DNA of 43,781 bases, taken from an uncultured Nitrososphaeria archaeon. GTDB taxonomy: Archaea; Thermoproteota; Nitrososphaeria_A; Caldarchaeales; JAVZCJ01. Within the stretch, counting starts at the first letter, position 1. Every line of letters starts with the position of its first letter. Location of the stretch: contig CAZHGP010000005.1 of the NCBI GenBank assembly GCA_964532175.1, forward strand, positions 1-43,781, in the 5' to 3' direction. Shown here piece after piece: positions 27,173 to 36,251 of the stretch. The notes under the pieces were generated by a model, which was given only the letters and a program-made list of their open reading frames with translations, searched no databases and was not told the DNA's origin. Position numbers and translations under genes: made by a program.

Positions 27173-28580
27173 TTACTTCAATCACACTATCTGAAGTAAC
27201 TTCTATTTCAAAATCTTTAAATCTCTTTTTTATATTAACCCATTTAATTTTTATTTTCTCTCCTATATTTATTTGATTTATTTTTAAAGCATTATCACGC
27301 CAAGCAATACCACTAATTATTTTCTCATTTCCTGAAATCCAGAAATAAATTTTTTCAACTAATCCATATTTTGTTTCAACAAGCGCTAATGGAGACTTTG
27401 ATTTTAAAAAACCATATATAATGATATCATTTTCTTCTTTAGTAATATTATCTGGAGTATATTCATTTGCTTTATAATATGGAAGATCTTCCATATCTTT
27501 TCTAAGAATTAAATAATCTTTCTCTTTCTCAATAATAATTTCTTCCCTATTACCTTTAATATTCTTTATTCCTCTTTTTATAAAAATGATATCATCTTTA
27601 TTAATATCTAAATTTTTTGTTAAAAAACATTTAATTCTTATAATTTTATTTCCATCATAACCAAGAATATTCTTAATATTCATTCCATGATCAATTATTT
27701 CAACAATCCTTAATTTTAAATTATTAACTATTTCATATTTTTCTTCTTTTATTTCCTCTATTTTATTTTTAGAATCGATTTTCATTATAAATGTATTATT
27801 GGTTGTATGCACTTCAGATTTTTTCATTTTTACTTCAAATAAAACTACTTCATCATTTAATTTGATATCATTGAATATATCTATTTTATCTCTCCATGCA
27901 ATCAATTTTGTCTCATAAGAATCATCCATTATAATTGCCTCTCTTAAATTTACCACTTCATTTTTTATATTAACAGTTCTTAATGGTTCAATAGATTTAA
28001 TTGTACATTTTATATCGAAAATTCCATCTTTATCTATAACTTCTTTAAGTGGAAGAACATGATATAATATATCTGGTTGCTCATATTCTCCTTCCAATTT
28101 TTCTATTTTTCCATTTTTTCCTATATTTATTTCTAATCTATCAAATCTTTGTTTTACATACCCACCTTCTATTTTAATAATATCTCCAGGCTTAAGATTT
28201 AATTTCTCTACATTTAAAGCAATTTCATCCCATAAAATTAAATTAATTTTTCCTGTTTTATCTCCAATTTTTCCAAAAATATATGAATGTTGACCAATTT
28301 TTCTTAAAGGAGTTATAAAAAGCAATCTTCCAATAATTGCAACATTTTTTAATCCAGAAACTAAATCTATTATTCTTGTTGTTAAAGTTTCTTCTTCAAT
28401 TTTTTCAATATTATATTCTGGAAAAATATTTAATTCTTCAGCTAGAATAAGTGCTGCTCCAAGTTTATTAAGAAAACGGCTTTCACGAATTTTTTCTTCT
28501 ATTTTTTTCTCTATTTCTTCTCTTGTTAAATCTTTCCTCTTATTAATTATTAAAGAAATGATTTCCTCATAATTTTTCAT
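27165..28580 (-). CDS. rpa: Replication protein A (multi-OB-fold ssDNA-binding protein)
   Basis: N-terminal AALILAEEL helix; repeated OB folds (GDKTGKINLILWD, DDSYETKLIAWRD, SGIAWRD). Confidence 0.8.
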   Translation of the reverse strand: MKNYEEIISLIINKRKDLTREEIEKKIEEKIRESRFLNKLGAALILAEELNIFPEYNIEKIEEETLTTRIIDLVSGLKNVAIIGRLLFITPLRKIGQHSYIFGKIGDKTGKINLILWDEIALNVEKLNLKPGDIIKIEGGYVKQRFDRLEINIGKNGKIEKLEGEYEQPDILYHVLPLKEVIDKDGIFDIKCTIKSIEPLRTVNIKNEVVNLREAIIMDDSYETKLIAWRDKIDIFNDIKLNDEVVLFEVKMKKSEVHTTNNTFIMKIDSKNKIEEIKEEKYEIVNNLKLRIVEIIDHGMNIKNILGYDGNKIIRIKCFLTKNLDINKDDIIFIKRGIKNIKGNREEIIIEKEKDYLILRKDMEDLPYYKANEYTPDNITKEENDIIIYGFLKSKSPLALVETKYGLVEKIYFWISGNEKIISGIAWRDNALKINQINIGEKIKIKWVNIKKRFKDFEIEVTSDSVIEVIK

Positions 28581-28754
28581 TTCTATTTATCCTACTACTT
28601 TATTGTTTTTAAGCTTCTCCTCTGGAAGTATAGAAAATATATATAATTATTAATATAAAAACTAAAATGATTAATCCATATAAACCAAAGTAAGTGGTGT
28701 TGAAAAAATCACTTATTGTCATTTTCTTTCCTCTTTTTTAAATTATTTAAAAAA

Positions 28755-29096
28755 TTATGCTTTCCACTCCTTAATTAATTTTTCATACCATGCATCTTCT
28801 TCTATTATTTCTTCATAAAGATTATTTTTTGAAGCTATTTTAACTGCTAATATATGATAACATAAATCATATTTTTTATCTAAAACATGAAAGAAAAAAT
28901 CATTACATGAGCAAAAATTTACTTCTGGTAAAACAAGATAATCTCTTGTATATCCAACTACTATCCAAAAATTAATATTACTAGGCTTAAAAATATATTT
29001 CTTTACTCTTTTTTCTTTAACGCATTTAATTGCCTCAATATATTTTTCTCCATATTTTTTCTTTAATTCTTCTAGATCGTTTTCATTTTTCTCCAT
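28755..29096 (-). CDS. SWIM Zn-finger protein, SWS1/ZSWIM7-like
   Basis: FWIVVG..DYLV....FCSCNDF...LCYHILA (CxC...CxH). Confidence 0.85.
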   Translation of the reverse strand: MEKNENDLEELKKKYGEKYIEAIKCVKEKRVKKYIFKPSNINFWIVVGYTRDYLVLPEVNFCSCNDFFFHVLDKKYDLCYHILAVKIASKNNLYEEIIEEDAWYEKLIKEWKA

Positions 29097-29149
29097 ATTC
29101 TCAAATATTTAATAATAATCATGAATATAAAAAATTATAATGGATTGGT

Positions 29150-29950
29150 ATGTTAAAAATAGTAGAAAATGAGCCAGCTTCAATATTAAATATAAAAAAT
29201 AGAAAAATACTTTTAGTAGCAGATTTGCATATAGGATTTGAATACGAATTATATGAATTAGGTATTAGAATTCCTCCTCAATCAAAAATAATTTCGCAAA
29301 ATTTTTTAAAACTTATAGAAAAAACTTCTCCTAATGAAATATTTATTTTAGGGGATTTAAAACATAATATCCCTAAAGCATCTAAATTTGAATGGAAAAT
29401 TCTTCCAGAATTAATAGAATCAATAAATGAAAAAGTTGATAGAATAAATTTAATAATTGGAAATCATGATGGCAATATTAAAAAACTTATTCCATCAAAA
29501 ATATTTTTTTATTCAAGCCAAGGAATATTGATAGAGAATAATGAAAAAATTGGTTTAATACATGGTCATGCATGGCCGTCTAAAAAAATATTGCTTGAAG
29601 CTGATACTATAATTCTTGCTCATATTCATCCAACAATACAATTTAAAACATCATTTGGTTTTTCTTTTAGACAAAAAGTTTGGATAAAATTTTTTTTAAA
29701 AAGAGAGAAAATTTTAAAAAAATTAATGATAAAAAATAAAAAGAAAATTAAAAAACCATTAATTAAAATGATAATCTTGCCTGCTTTTAATGATTTTCTT
29801 TCAGGAACTCCAATTAATGTTACTCAAAAAAATGAATATGTTAGTCCATTATTAAGAATGAATGAGAAAATAATAGAAGAAAGTGAAATTTTTCTTTTAG
29901 ATGGAACTTTCTTAGGAAAATTAAAAAATTTTAAAAAAATGGTTATTTAA
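29150..29950 (+). CDS. Calcineurin-like metallophosphoesterase (COG1407/MPE type)
   Basis: ADLHIG, GDLKH, GNHD, HGH, AHIHP, LPAFN. Confidence 0.9.
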   Translation: MLKIVENEPASILNIKNRKILLVADLHIGFEYELYELGIRIPPQSKIISQNFLKLIEKTSPNEIFILGDLKHNIPKASKFEWKILPELIESINEKVDRINLIIGNHDGNIKKLIPSKIFFYSSQGILIENNEKIGLIHGHAWPSKKILLEADTIILAHIHPTIQFKTSFGFSFRQKVWIKFFLKREKILKKLMIKNKKKIKKPLIKMIILPAFNDFLSGTPINVTQKNEYVSPLLRMNEKIIEESEIFLLDGTFLGKLKNFKKMVI

Positions 29951-29953
29951 AAA

Positions 29954-30042
29954 TGGGGCCGGCGAGATTTGAACTCGCGGCTTCGGGAAAATTTTCTCCC
30001 GGTTCCGAGCCGGGTATCATAACCATGCTAGACCACGGCCCC
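29954..30042 (-). tRNA. tRNA-Pro(CGG) with 14-nt non-canonical intron at 45/46 (29982-29995)
   Basis: Acceptor GGGGCCG/CGGCCCC-A; anticodon arm CCCGG-CTCGGAA-CCGGG; T arm GCGAG-TTCAAAT-CTCGC. BHB-type cleavage (helix CGGG/CCCG) restores the variable loop AGGCC and a 75-nt tRNA. Confidence 0.9.
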
Positions 30043-30096
30043 CCATTACGCATATGGAGTAATACTTAAATAAACTAAAAATATATTTCTAAATAT

Positions 30097-30116
30097 AAAA
30101 GTTTAAACAATTGTTT
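30097..30116 (+). promoter_or_regulatory. Candidate BRE/TATA with overlapping 12-bp palindrome upstream of the HTH-NrdD gene
   Basis: AAAAG-TTTAAA overlapping perfect AAACAATTGTTT (30105-30116). Confidence 0.45.
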
Positions 30117-30166
30117 GTTGTTAAAAAAGTTATCTTTTAAATGGTGAAGATAAGGAGGGATAAAAA

Positions 30167-32161
30167 ATAAAAGATTTTCGATTAGAAAAAATCGAAAAAT
30201 CTCAATTTTTAACAAATATTTTAGATGCTTTATCTTCACCTGTAAGATTAAAAATTGTTAAATCATTAAGAAATCAAAATTTAAGTTATACAGATTTAAT
30301 GAAAGCTATTGGTTTATCTAAAAGTCAAGATGCTGGAAAATTTTCTTATCATTTAAAAAAATTATTGAAAACAGGAATAATTACTATTGATAATGAAACA
30401 AAATTATATGCTATAACTCGCTTAGGAGATACTTTATTAAAATTTTTAGAAGAAATAGAAGAAATAGATACTACTCATTTATATGTAAGAAAGTCTCAAT
30501 TTGTAATAGAAGTTTATGATAAAAATAAAATTATAAATGCTTTAGTAAGAGAAGCTGGTGCTCCAGTTTCTTTAGCAAAACAAGTAGCCGATGTAATAGA
30601 TGAAAAAATTAAAAATTTAAAAATAGAATATCTTACAGCACCACTTATTAGAGAAATTGCAAATGCTGTATTAATAGATTTAGGGCATGAAAAATACCGT
30701 CATAAATTAACTAGAGTTGGTTTGCCATTATATGATATTTCAAAATTATTAAATTCAATATCAATAAATGAAATTCATAATATAATAAAAGATACTTCTG
30801 GAGCAGTTTTAAGAGAATATACTTTATTAGAAATTCTTCCAAGAAATGTTGCTGATGCACATTTAGCGGGAAAAATAAATATCGACAATTTAGATTTTTG
30901 GTTAGTAAAACCGTATAGAGCATTTTATTCTTCTAATTTATTAAATAATTTCATTAATGAAAATTTTTCGATCGAGAAATTCTTATTTTATATTAATAAA
31001 GAAACTGAAAAAATTGATTATGAACAATCTATAAATAATTTTTCATCTTTTCTATTAGATTTAAATAAAAATTCTGGAGAACAAAATTTTAAAAAGAATC
31101 TTTATAAAATATTTTATCTTTTATTATCTCAAAGAATAAAAGGAGCTCCTAGATTATTCATTTCTTTAACGGATCAAAATTTTTATGAAAAAATGGATTT
31201 TTTCAAAGAAATAATAGAAACAATTAAAAAAATAAAAAATGAAATTTCAGATAAAATAAATTTTATAGATAAATATAGATTTATGATACCATTCGAAGAA
31301 ATAAAAATAGAAGATGGAATAATAGAAAATATTAATTTAATAGATTTTCTTATTAGAAGGAATGAGAGAAAAGCACTTTATGGTGGAAGCGGTTTCACAA
31401 TATACTCTGGAGAACATGTTTATGGTTCTTTCACAATAAATATTCCAAGAATATTTTATGAAAGTAAAGGGAATGAAGAAAAATTCCATAGCGAAGTTGA
31501 AGAAGTTTTTAAAACATGCTATAAAGGATTTTTAAGTTTAGCTAAAGTATTGATTGATAAAGGTATAAATGAAAAAATTAATTTTTCTATATCCTTAGTA
31601 GGAGTTTATGAAACAATAAAAGCATTAACAAATGGAAATCCTGCTGAAAATAAAGATTCATTGAATTATCTTATTAAATTCTTCAGATGGATTGATACTT
31701 TTACACGTAAAAATTCTTCAAAAAATATAGAAATCCTTCTTTCGTCTACTTCTTCCATAAAACCAATGAAAAGATTTATTTTAAATGATATTCAACAATT
31801 TGGTATTAAAAAAGTTAGTCAAATTGCTTATAAAGGAGAAAATTTAACATATTCAAATTTTATTATACCTGCTGAAGAAGAAATTGATATAGAAAAAAGA
31901 TTAGAAATGGAAGCTATGCTTCATACTTATTTGAGAGGTGGACACTACACAAATATTCCAGTAGATGATATAGAAACAATACAAAAATTTTTTGAAAGGA
32001 AAAATTTATTTTCAAGTTTAGAAATAGTTAGTTTTGGCTACAATTTGTTTTTCTGTGAAAAATGTAAAACTTATAGCCTTTCTAAAAAATGTCCATTATG
32101 CAAATCTGAAAAATTATTAAAATATATTAAAGATGGATCGTATTTTCAATTACCAAACTAG
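30167..32161 (+). CDS. ArsR-type wHTH + ATP-cone + catalytically degenerate class III ribonucleotide reductase (NrdD-like) fusion
   Basis: The frame extends 44 codons upstream of the track start (ILDALSSPVRLKIVKSL, ArsR helices 1-2); ATP cone VRKS..IEVYDKNKI...LTAPLIRE; NrdD-like TRVGLPLYD, ADAHLAGKINI, GGH, CxxC-x8-CxxC; no RxxGY. Start position inferred. Confidence 0.8.
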   Translation: MKDFRLEKIEKSQFLTNILDALSSPVRLKIVKSLRNQNLSYTDLMKAIGLSKSQDAGKFSYHLKKLLKTGIITIDNETKLYAITRLGDTLLKFLEEIEEIDTTHLYVRKSQFVIEVYDKNKIINALVREAGAPVSLAKQVADVIDEKIKNLKIEYLTAPLIREIANAVLIDLGHEKYRHKLTRVGLPLYDISKLLNSISINEIHNIIKDTSGAVLREYTLLEILPRNVADAHLAGKINIDNLDFWLVKPYRAFYSSNLLNNFINENFSIEKFLFYINKETEKIDYEQSINNFSSFLLDLNKNSGEQNFKKNLYKIFYLLLSQRIKGAPRLFISLTDQNFYEKMDFFKEIIETIKKIKNEISDKINFIDKYRFMIPFEEIKIEDGIIENINLIDFLIRRNERKALYGGSGFTIYSGEHVYGSFTINIPRIFYESKGNEEKFHSEVEEVFKTCYKGFLSLAKVLIDKGINEKINFSISLVGVYETIKALTNGNPAENKDSLNYLIKFFRWIDTFTRKNSSKNIEILLSSTSSIKPMKRFILNDIQQFGIKKVSQIAYKGENLTYSNFIIPAEEEIDIEKRLEMEAMLHTYLRGGHYTNIPVDDIETIQKFFERKNLFSSLEIVSFGYNLFFCEKCKTYSLSKKCPLCKSEKLLKYIKDGSYFQLPN

Positions 32162-32257
32162 TTTTATTTAAAAATAATATTTAAATATTTCAAAATTGGG
32201 CAATAAATGAAAGTGATATCATTAAAGAGAAATTTTAATTAAAATAAATTACATTTT

Positions 32258-32638
32258 TCATTTTCTCGATTTTAGTAAAAGAATGGCTTTAGCTAAATCT
32301 CCATTAGTTTCTTGTAAAGCTTTCTTTGCTTCTTCCATAGAAACATTTGCTTGTTGAGCTACTAATATTATATCATCTTCTTTAATTTCTAAAACTACTT
32401 CTTCTTTCTCCTCTTCTAAAGGAAGCTCAATTTTTTCTTCAGAAATTTCTCCTCCAATTATTTGAAATACTTGCTCACCTTCTAATTTAATGGATGTAAT
32501 AGAAGGGGATTTTATAATTATTTTTTTATCATTAAAATTTATTATAACCTCATTAGCTGTGCCATAGTTTTTTAAATCTAATCCTTGAAGCATTTTCGAT
32601 TGTAATCTTCTTAATTCTCGCGGAGATAATTTCTTCAT
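32258..32638 (-). CDS. nac: Nascent polypeptide-associated complex protein
   Basis: PRELRR, FQIIG, UBA-like EDDIILVAQQANVS...GDLAKAIL. Confidence 0.93.
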   Translation of the reverse strand: MKKLSPRELRRLQSKMLQGLDLKNYGTANEVIINFNDKKIIIKSPSITSIKLEGEQVFQIIGGEISEEKIELPLEEEKEEVVLEIKEDDIILVAQQANVSMEEAKKALQETNGDLAKAILLLKSRK

Positions 32639-32696
32639 AAATATTTAACCTCTCTATATAAAAAAAGAATAGGTACTTGTACTTAACTCTTTATTT

Positions 32697-33857
32697 TTAA
32701 TGAATAACTTTTATTTTATTTTTATAATTTTCTATAATTATATCAGGATCTTTTAAACCACTTCCAGTTGCTATACAAACGATTCTCTCCTTTTTATCAA
32801 AAAATTTCTTTTTCGAAAGTTTTAATAAAGCAGCTATAGAAGCAGCAGAAGCAGGTTCAACAAAAATGCCTTCCTTACTTGCTAATAAATATTGTGCATT
32901 AATTATTTCTTTATCAGTAACGTCTAATATTTCTCCTTTAGATTCTTTTATAGCTTTAATTGCTTTAGGCCAGTTTACTGGCGCTCCTATTCTAATTGCA
33001 GTTGCAATTGTTTTAGGATTTTTAATTGGTTTTAAGCATTCTTCTTTATTTTTAAGCATTCTTACAATTGGATTTGCTCCTTTTGCTTGTACACCAATCA
33101 TTTTAGGTAATTCTTTAATAAATCCATATTCATAAAATTCTTTAAATCCTTTCCATATAGCTGAAATATTCCCAGCATTCCCAACTGGAACAATTACTTT
33201 ATCTGGCACATATCCTAATTGATCAAATATTTCATAAGCTATTGTTTTCTGCCCCTCTAATCTAAACGGATTAATTGAATTTAAAATATACATTTTAGAA
33301 CTTAAACTTAATGCTTTTTTTAAAGCATCATCAAAATTGCCTTTTATAGCAATTATTTCAGCTCCATAAACTAAAGCTTGAGCCAATTTTCCTAAAGCAA
33401 TTTTTCCATATGGTATAAAAACATATGCTTTAATTCCTGCTTTTGCAGCATAAGCAGCTAAAGATGCAGAAGTATTTCCTGTAGAAGCACAAACAACTTT
33501 ACTCATTCTTAATTCCAAAGCTTTTGTAACACCTACAGTCATACCTCTATCTTTAAAGCTTCCAGTAGGATTTGCCCCTTCATTTTTAACAAAAATATTT
33601 AAATTAAGTTCTTTAGAAATTCTTTGGCAAAAATATAAAGGCGTACCTCCCTCATTTAAACTTACAATCTTATTTTCTTCTATTATTGGTAAGAATTCTT
33701 TATATTTCCAAACATTAATTTTTCTCTTTTTAAAATTTTTAGAAATTTTTATATCTTCATATTTTACTTCAAGTAATCCTCCACAATCGCATTTATAAAT
33801 TACTTTCTTTGCATCATATTTTTTCTTACAATTAATACATTCAAGATAAAATTTCAT
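32697..33857 (-). CDS. thrC: Threonine synthase
   Basis: EGGTPL, NPTGSFKDRG, CASTGNTSAS, PVGNAGN, EPASA, TGSGLKD. Confidence 0.95.
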   Translation of the reverse strand: MKFYLECINCKKKYDAKKVIYKCDCGGLLEVKYEDIKISKNFKKRKINVWKYKEFLPIIEENKIVSLNEGGTPLYFCQRISKELNLNIFVKNEGANPTGSFKDRGMTVGVTKALELRMSKVVCASTGNTSASLAAYAAKAGIKAYVFIPYGKIALGKLAQALVYGAEIIAIKGNFDDALKKALSLSSKMYILNSINPFRLEGQKTIAYEIFDQLGYVPDKVIVPVGNAGNISAIWKGFKEFYEYGFIKELPKMIGVQAKGANPIVRMLKNKEECLKPIKNPKTIATAIRIGAPVNWPKAIKAIKESKGEILDVTDKEIINAQYLLASKEGIFVEPASAASIAALLKLSKKKFFDKKERIVCIATGSGLKDPDIIIENYKNKIKVIH

Positions 33858-34026
33858 TATAATCCACTTTTTTATATTCTTAATCGATTTCTTCTATACA
33901 TCGATTATAAAATATTTTTAAAAAGCTTAATTAATTTTTCTAATTCCTAAGATATTAAAAATAAAGAAACTATTTTATTTTTTCAATTATTGAAAGTTTA
34001 AATATTGATAATTATAAAGAAAAATA

Positions 34027-34392
34027 GTGTTGGCAAATAAGGAAAAAAAGCGAAAAAATAAAAAAGAACATTTGCTATTAGGTGAAGATTTAGATCTTGT
34101 AGAAAATTATGGAGAAATAATTCGTAATGCAAGGATAAAAATGGGAATTTCTCAAGAAGAATTAGCAAAACAAATTTCAGAAAAACTTACAATAATAAAA
34201 AAAATTGAGCAAGGATCATTTAAACCACCAATTGAATTAGCTAGAAAACTTGAGAAATTTTTAAAAATAAAAATTATTGAAAAAGTAGAAACTTTCCATC
34301 CTTCTACTTTAAAGCCATATATTCAATCTCCACATCCAAGTACTGTTCCACTTGGATATTTAATTAAAAAAAATAGAGGAGGAAAAAAATAG
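34027..34392 (+). CDS. mbf1: Archaeal multiprotein bridging factor 1, HTH domain only
   Basis: LVENYGEIIRNARIKMGISQEELA...IKKIEQG...ARKLEKFL; adjacent to hflX. Confidence 0.82.
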   Translation: MLANKEKKRKNKKEHLLLGEDLDLVENYGEIIRNARIKMGISQEELAKQISEKLTIIKKIEQGSFKPPIELARKLEKFLKIKIIEKVETFHPSTLKPYIQSPHPSTVPLGYLIKKNRGGKK

Positions 34393-35645
34393 TGAAAGTA
34401 GCAATAGTGCATAGAAGAGAGAAAGGGGAAGAATCAAATTTAGCCGAATTAAAAGAATTATGTAAAACAGCTGGTTATCAAGTAGTATATGAATTAACTC
34501 AAGTTAGGGAATCTCATCCAAAATATGATATTGGCCCTGGAAAAATTAAAATTCTAAAAGATGCTATAAAAAGATTTGGAATAGAAAAAGTAATTTTTGA
34601 AAATGATATTAAACCAGTTCAAGAATACAATTTAGCTAAAGTTCTTCAAGTTCCTATTATAAGTCGAATAAGACTTATACTTGAAATATTTTCCAAACAT
34701 GCCTCTTCAATTGAAGCTAAACTTCAAATAAAACTTGCAGAATTAATGTACGAATTACCAAGAGTAAAAGAAAAAGTTAGATTAGCTAAAAAAGGTGAAC
34801 AACCTGGTTTTCATGGATTAGGAATGTATGATGCTGAAGTTTATTATCTTCATATTAAAAGAAGAATAGCTATAATTAATAAAAAACTTGAGGTTATAAG
34901 AAAAAGGAGAATAAGATTAAGAGAAGGAAGAAAAATTAACGGAATACCACTTGTAACAATAACAGGCTATACTAATGCAGGGAAATCTACGCTTTTTAAA
35001 GCTTTAACTAAAAGTGAAGTAAAAATTAGCCCTTTACTTTTTACTACACTTTCACCTAAAACTAAAATGATTAAAATTGATGGTAAACCAGTATTTATTT
35101 CAGATACTATTGGTTTTATAAAAAATTTGCCAACATTATTAATTGAAGCTTTTCATTCAACATTAGAAGAAATATCTTACTCGGATTTAATAATTTTAAT
35201 AGTTGATATTTCAGAAAGTATAGAAGAAATATTGAATAAAATATATTGTTCACTTTCAATTTTAAGAGAAATAAATGTTTTTGAAACTCCAATATTGCTA
35301 GTATTAAATAAAATAGATAAAATTTCTATAGAAGAATTAAAGGAGAAAGAAGAAAAATTATCAAATTTAAATTTACCTTATGTAGCAATTTCAGCTCTTG
35401 AAAAAATAAATATTGAAGATTTAATTAATAAATTATCATTAATGCTTTCAAATAATTATGTAAAAATTCATGTAGTCTTAGAAAATTTAAAAGAAAATTT
35501 CTCAATTTTATCAAATATTCTTAAATATAGTAAAATAATATCATTTTCAAATAATGAAAAAGGTATAGAAGCAGAATTAGAAACATTGCCTTTTTTCGCA
35601 GAAAAACTTAGATCCATAGCAATATCATATAATATTATATCCTAA
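34392..35645 (+). CDS. hflX: Ribosome-associated GTPase HflX
   Basis: LILEIF..HA..EAKLQI, GYTNAGKST, LFTTL, DTIGF, NKID. Confidence 0.95.
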   Translation: MKVAIVHRREKGEESNLAELKELCKTAGYQVVYELTQVRESHPKYDIGPGKIKILKDAIKRFGIEKVIFENDIKPVQEYNLAKVLQVPIISRIRLILEIFSKHASSIEAKLQIKLAELMYELPRVKEKVRLAKKGEQPGFHGLGMYDAEVYYLHIKRRIAIINKKLEVIRKRRIRLREGRKINGIPLVTITGYTNAGKSTLFKALTKSEVKISPLLFTTLSPKTKMIKIDGKPVFISDTIGFIKNLPTLLIEAFHSTLEEISYSDLIILIVDISESIEEILNKIYCSLSILREINVFETPILLVLNKIDKISIEELKEKEEKLSNLNLPYVAISALEKINIEDLINKLSLMLSNNYVKIHVVLENLKENFSILSNILKYSKIISFSNNEKGIEAELETLPFFAEKLRSIAISYNIIS

Positions 35646-35726
35646 AATTTTTTAAATATTTTTTTAAATATGAAAAAGTAAATATTCTTCCTAATTTTAA
35701 CTTAATTATATAATAGGTGATGTTTT

Positions 35727-36248
35727 CTGCTTATTATTATAGATGAGCCTACTGCTATAAAAACTATAGAATTAGCAGCAGGTAAAGGAGCTGTTGAAAT
35801 TTTTAAATTGTTAATGAAAAAACCATGGTTAACAGATGAAGAAATAGCAAACATTCTTAAGATTGATATTAGAGAAGTTAGGAAGTTATTGCATAGATTG
35901 CATGAATTATCATTAATATCATATGATGTTGCTAGAGATGTTAAGCTTGGAAGAAGAGTATTTAAATGGAATGTACAAACAAGCCAAATGATTGGATTTA
36001 TTAAAGTTGCTCTTCAAAAAACTTTAGAGAGATTACGTTTAAAACTTGAATATGAACAATCTCATCAATTTTATTATTGCGGTACTCCTGGATGTAGAAA
36101 ATATACATTTGAAGAAAGTGTAAATAAATTATTTAAATGTCCAACTTGTGGAAAAATATTAGAATTATATGATAATAGTAAAATAATAGAAGCTATAAAA
36201 GAAAAAATTTCACAAATAGAGAAAGAATTAATTGAAGAACCAGGTTAA
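35727..36248 (+). CDS. tfe: Transcription factor E alpha
   Basis: LTDEEIA...VRKLLHRL wH and Zn ribbon CGTPGC...FKCPTCG; probable CTG start at 35727, 6 nt after SD GGTGA (track start 35808). Confidence 0.92.
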   Translation: MLIIIDEPTAIKTIELAAGKGAVEIFKLLMKKPWLTDEEIANILKIDIREVRKLLHRLHELSLISYDVARDVKLGRRVFKWNVQTSQMIGFIKVALQKTLERLRLKLEYEQSHQFYYCGTPGCRKYTFEESVNKLFKCPTCGKILELYDNSKIIEAIKEKISQIEKELIEEPG

Positions 36249-36251
36249 AAA

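Noticed and set aside
29975-30000. Long variable arm suggesting a type II tRNA (Ser/Leu/Sec) or a recoding tRNA
   Set aside because: The acceptor stem and anticodon are Pro-type, and BHB cleavage rules remove exactly 14 nt to give a normal 5-nt variable loop.
30299-32161. Calling this an active anaerobic ribonucleotide reductase (nrdD)
   Set aside because: No glycyl-radical motif, no catalytic cysteines and no adjacent activase gene.
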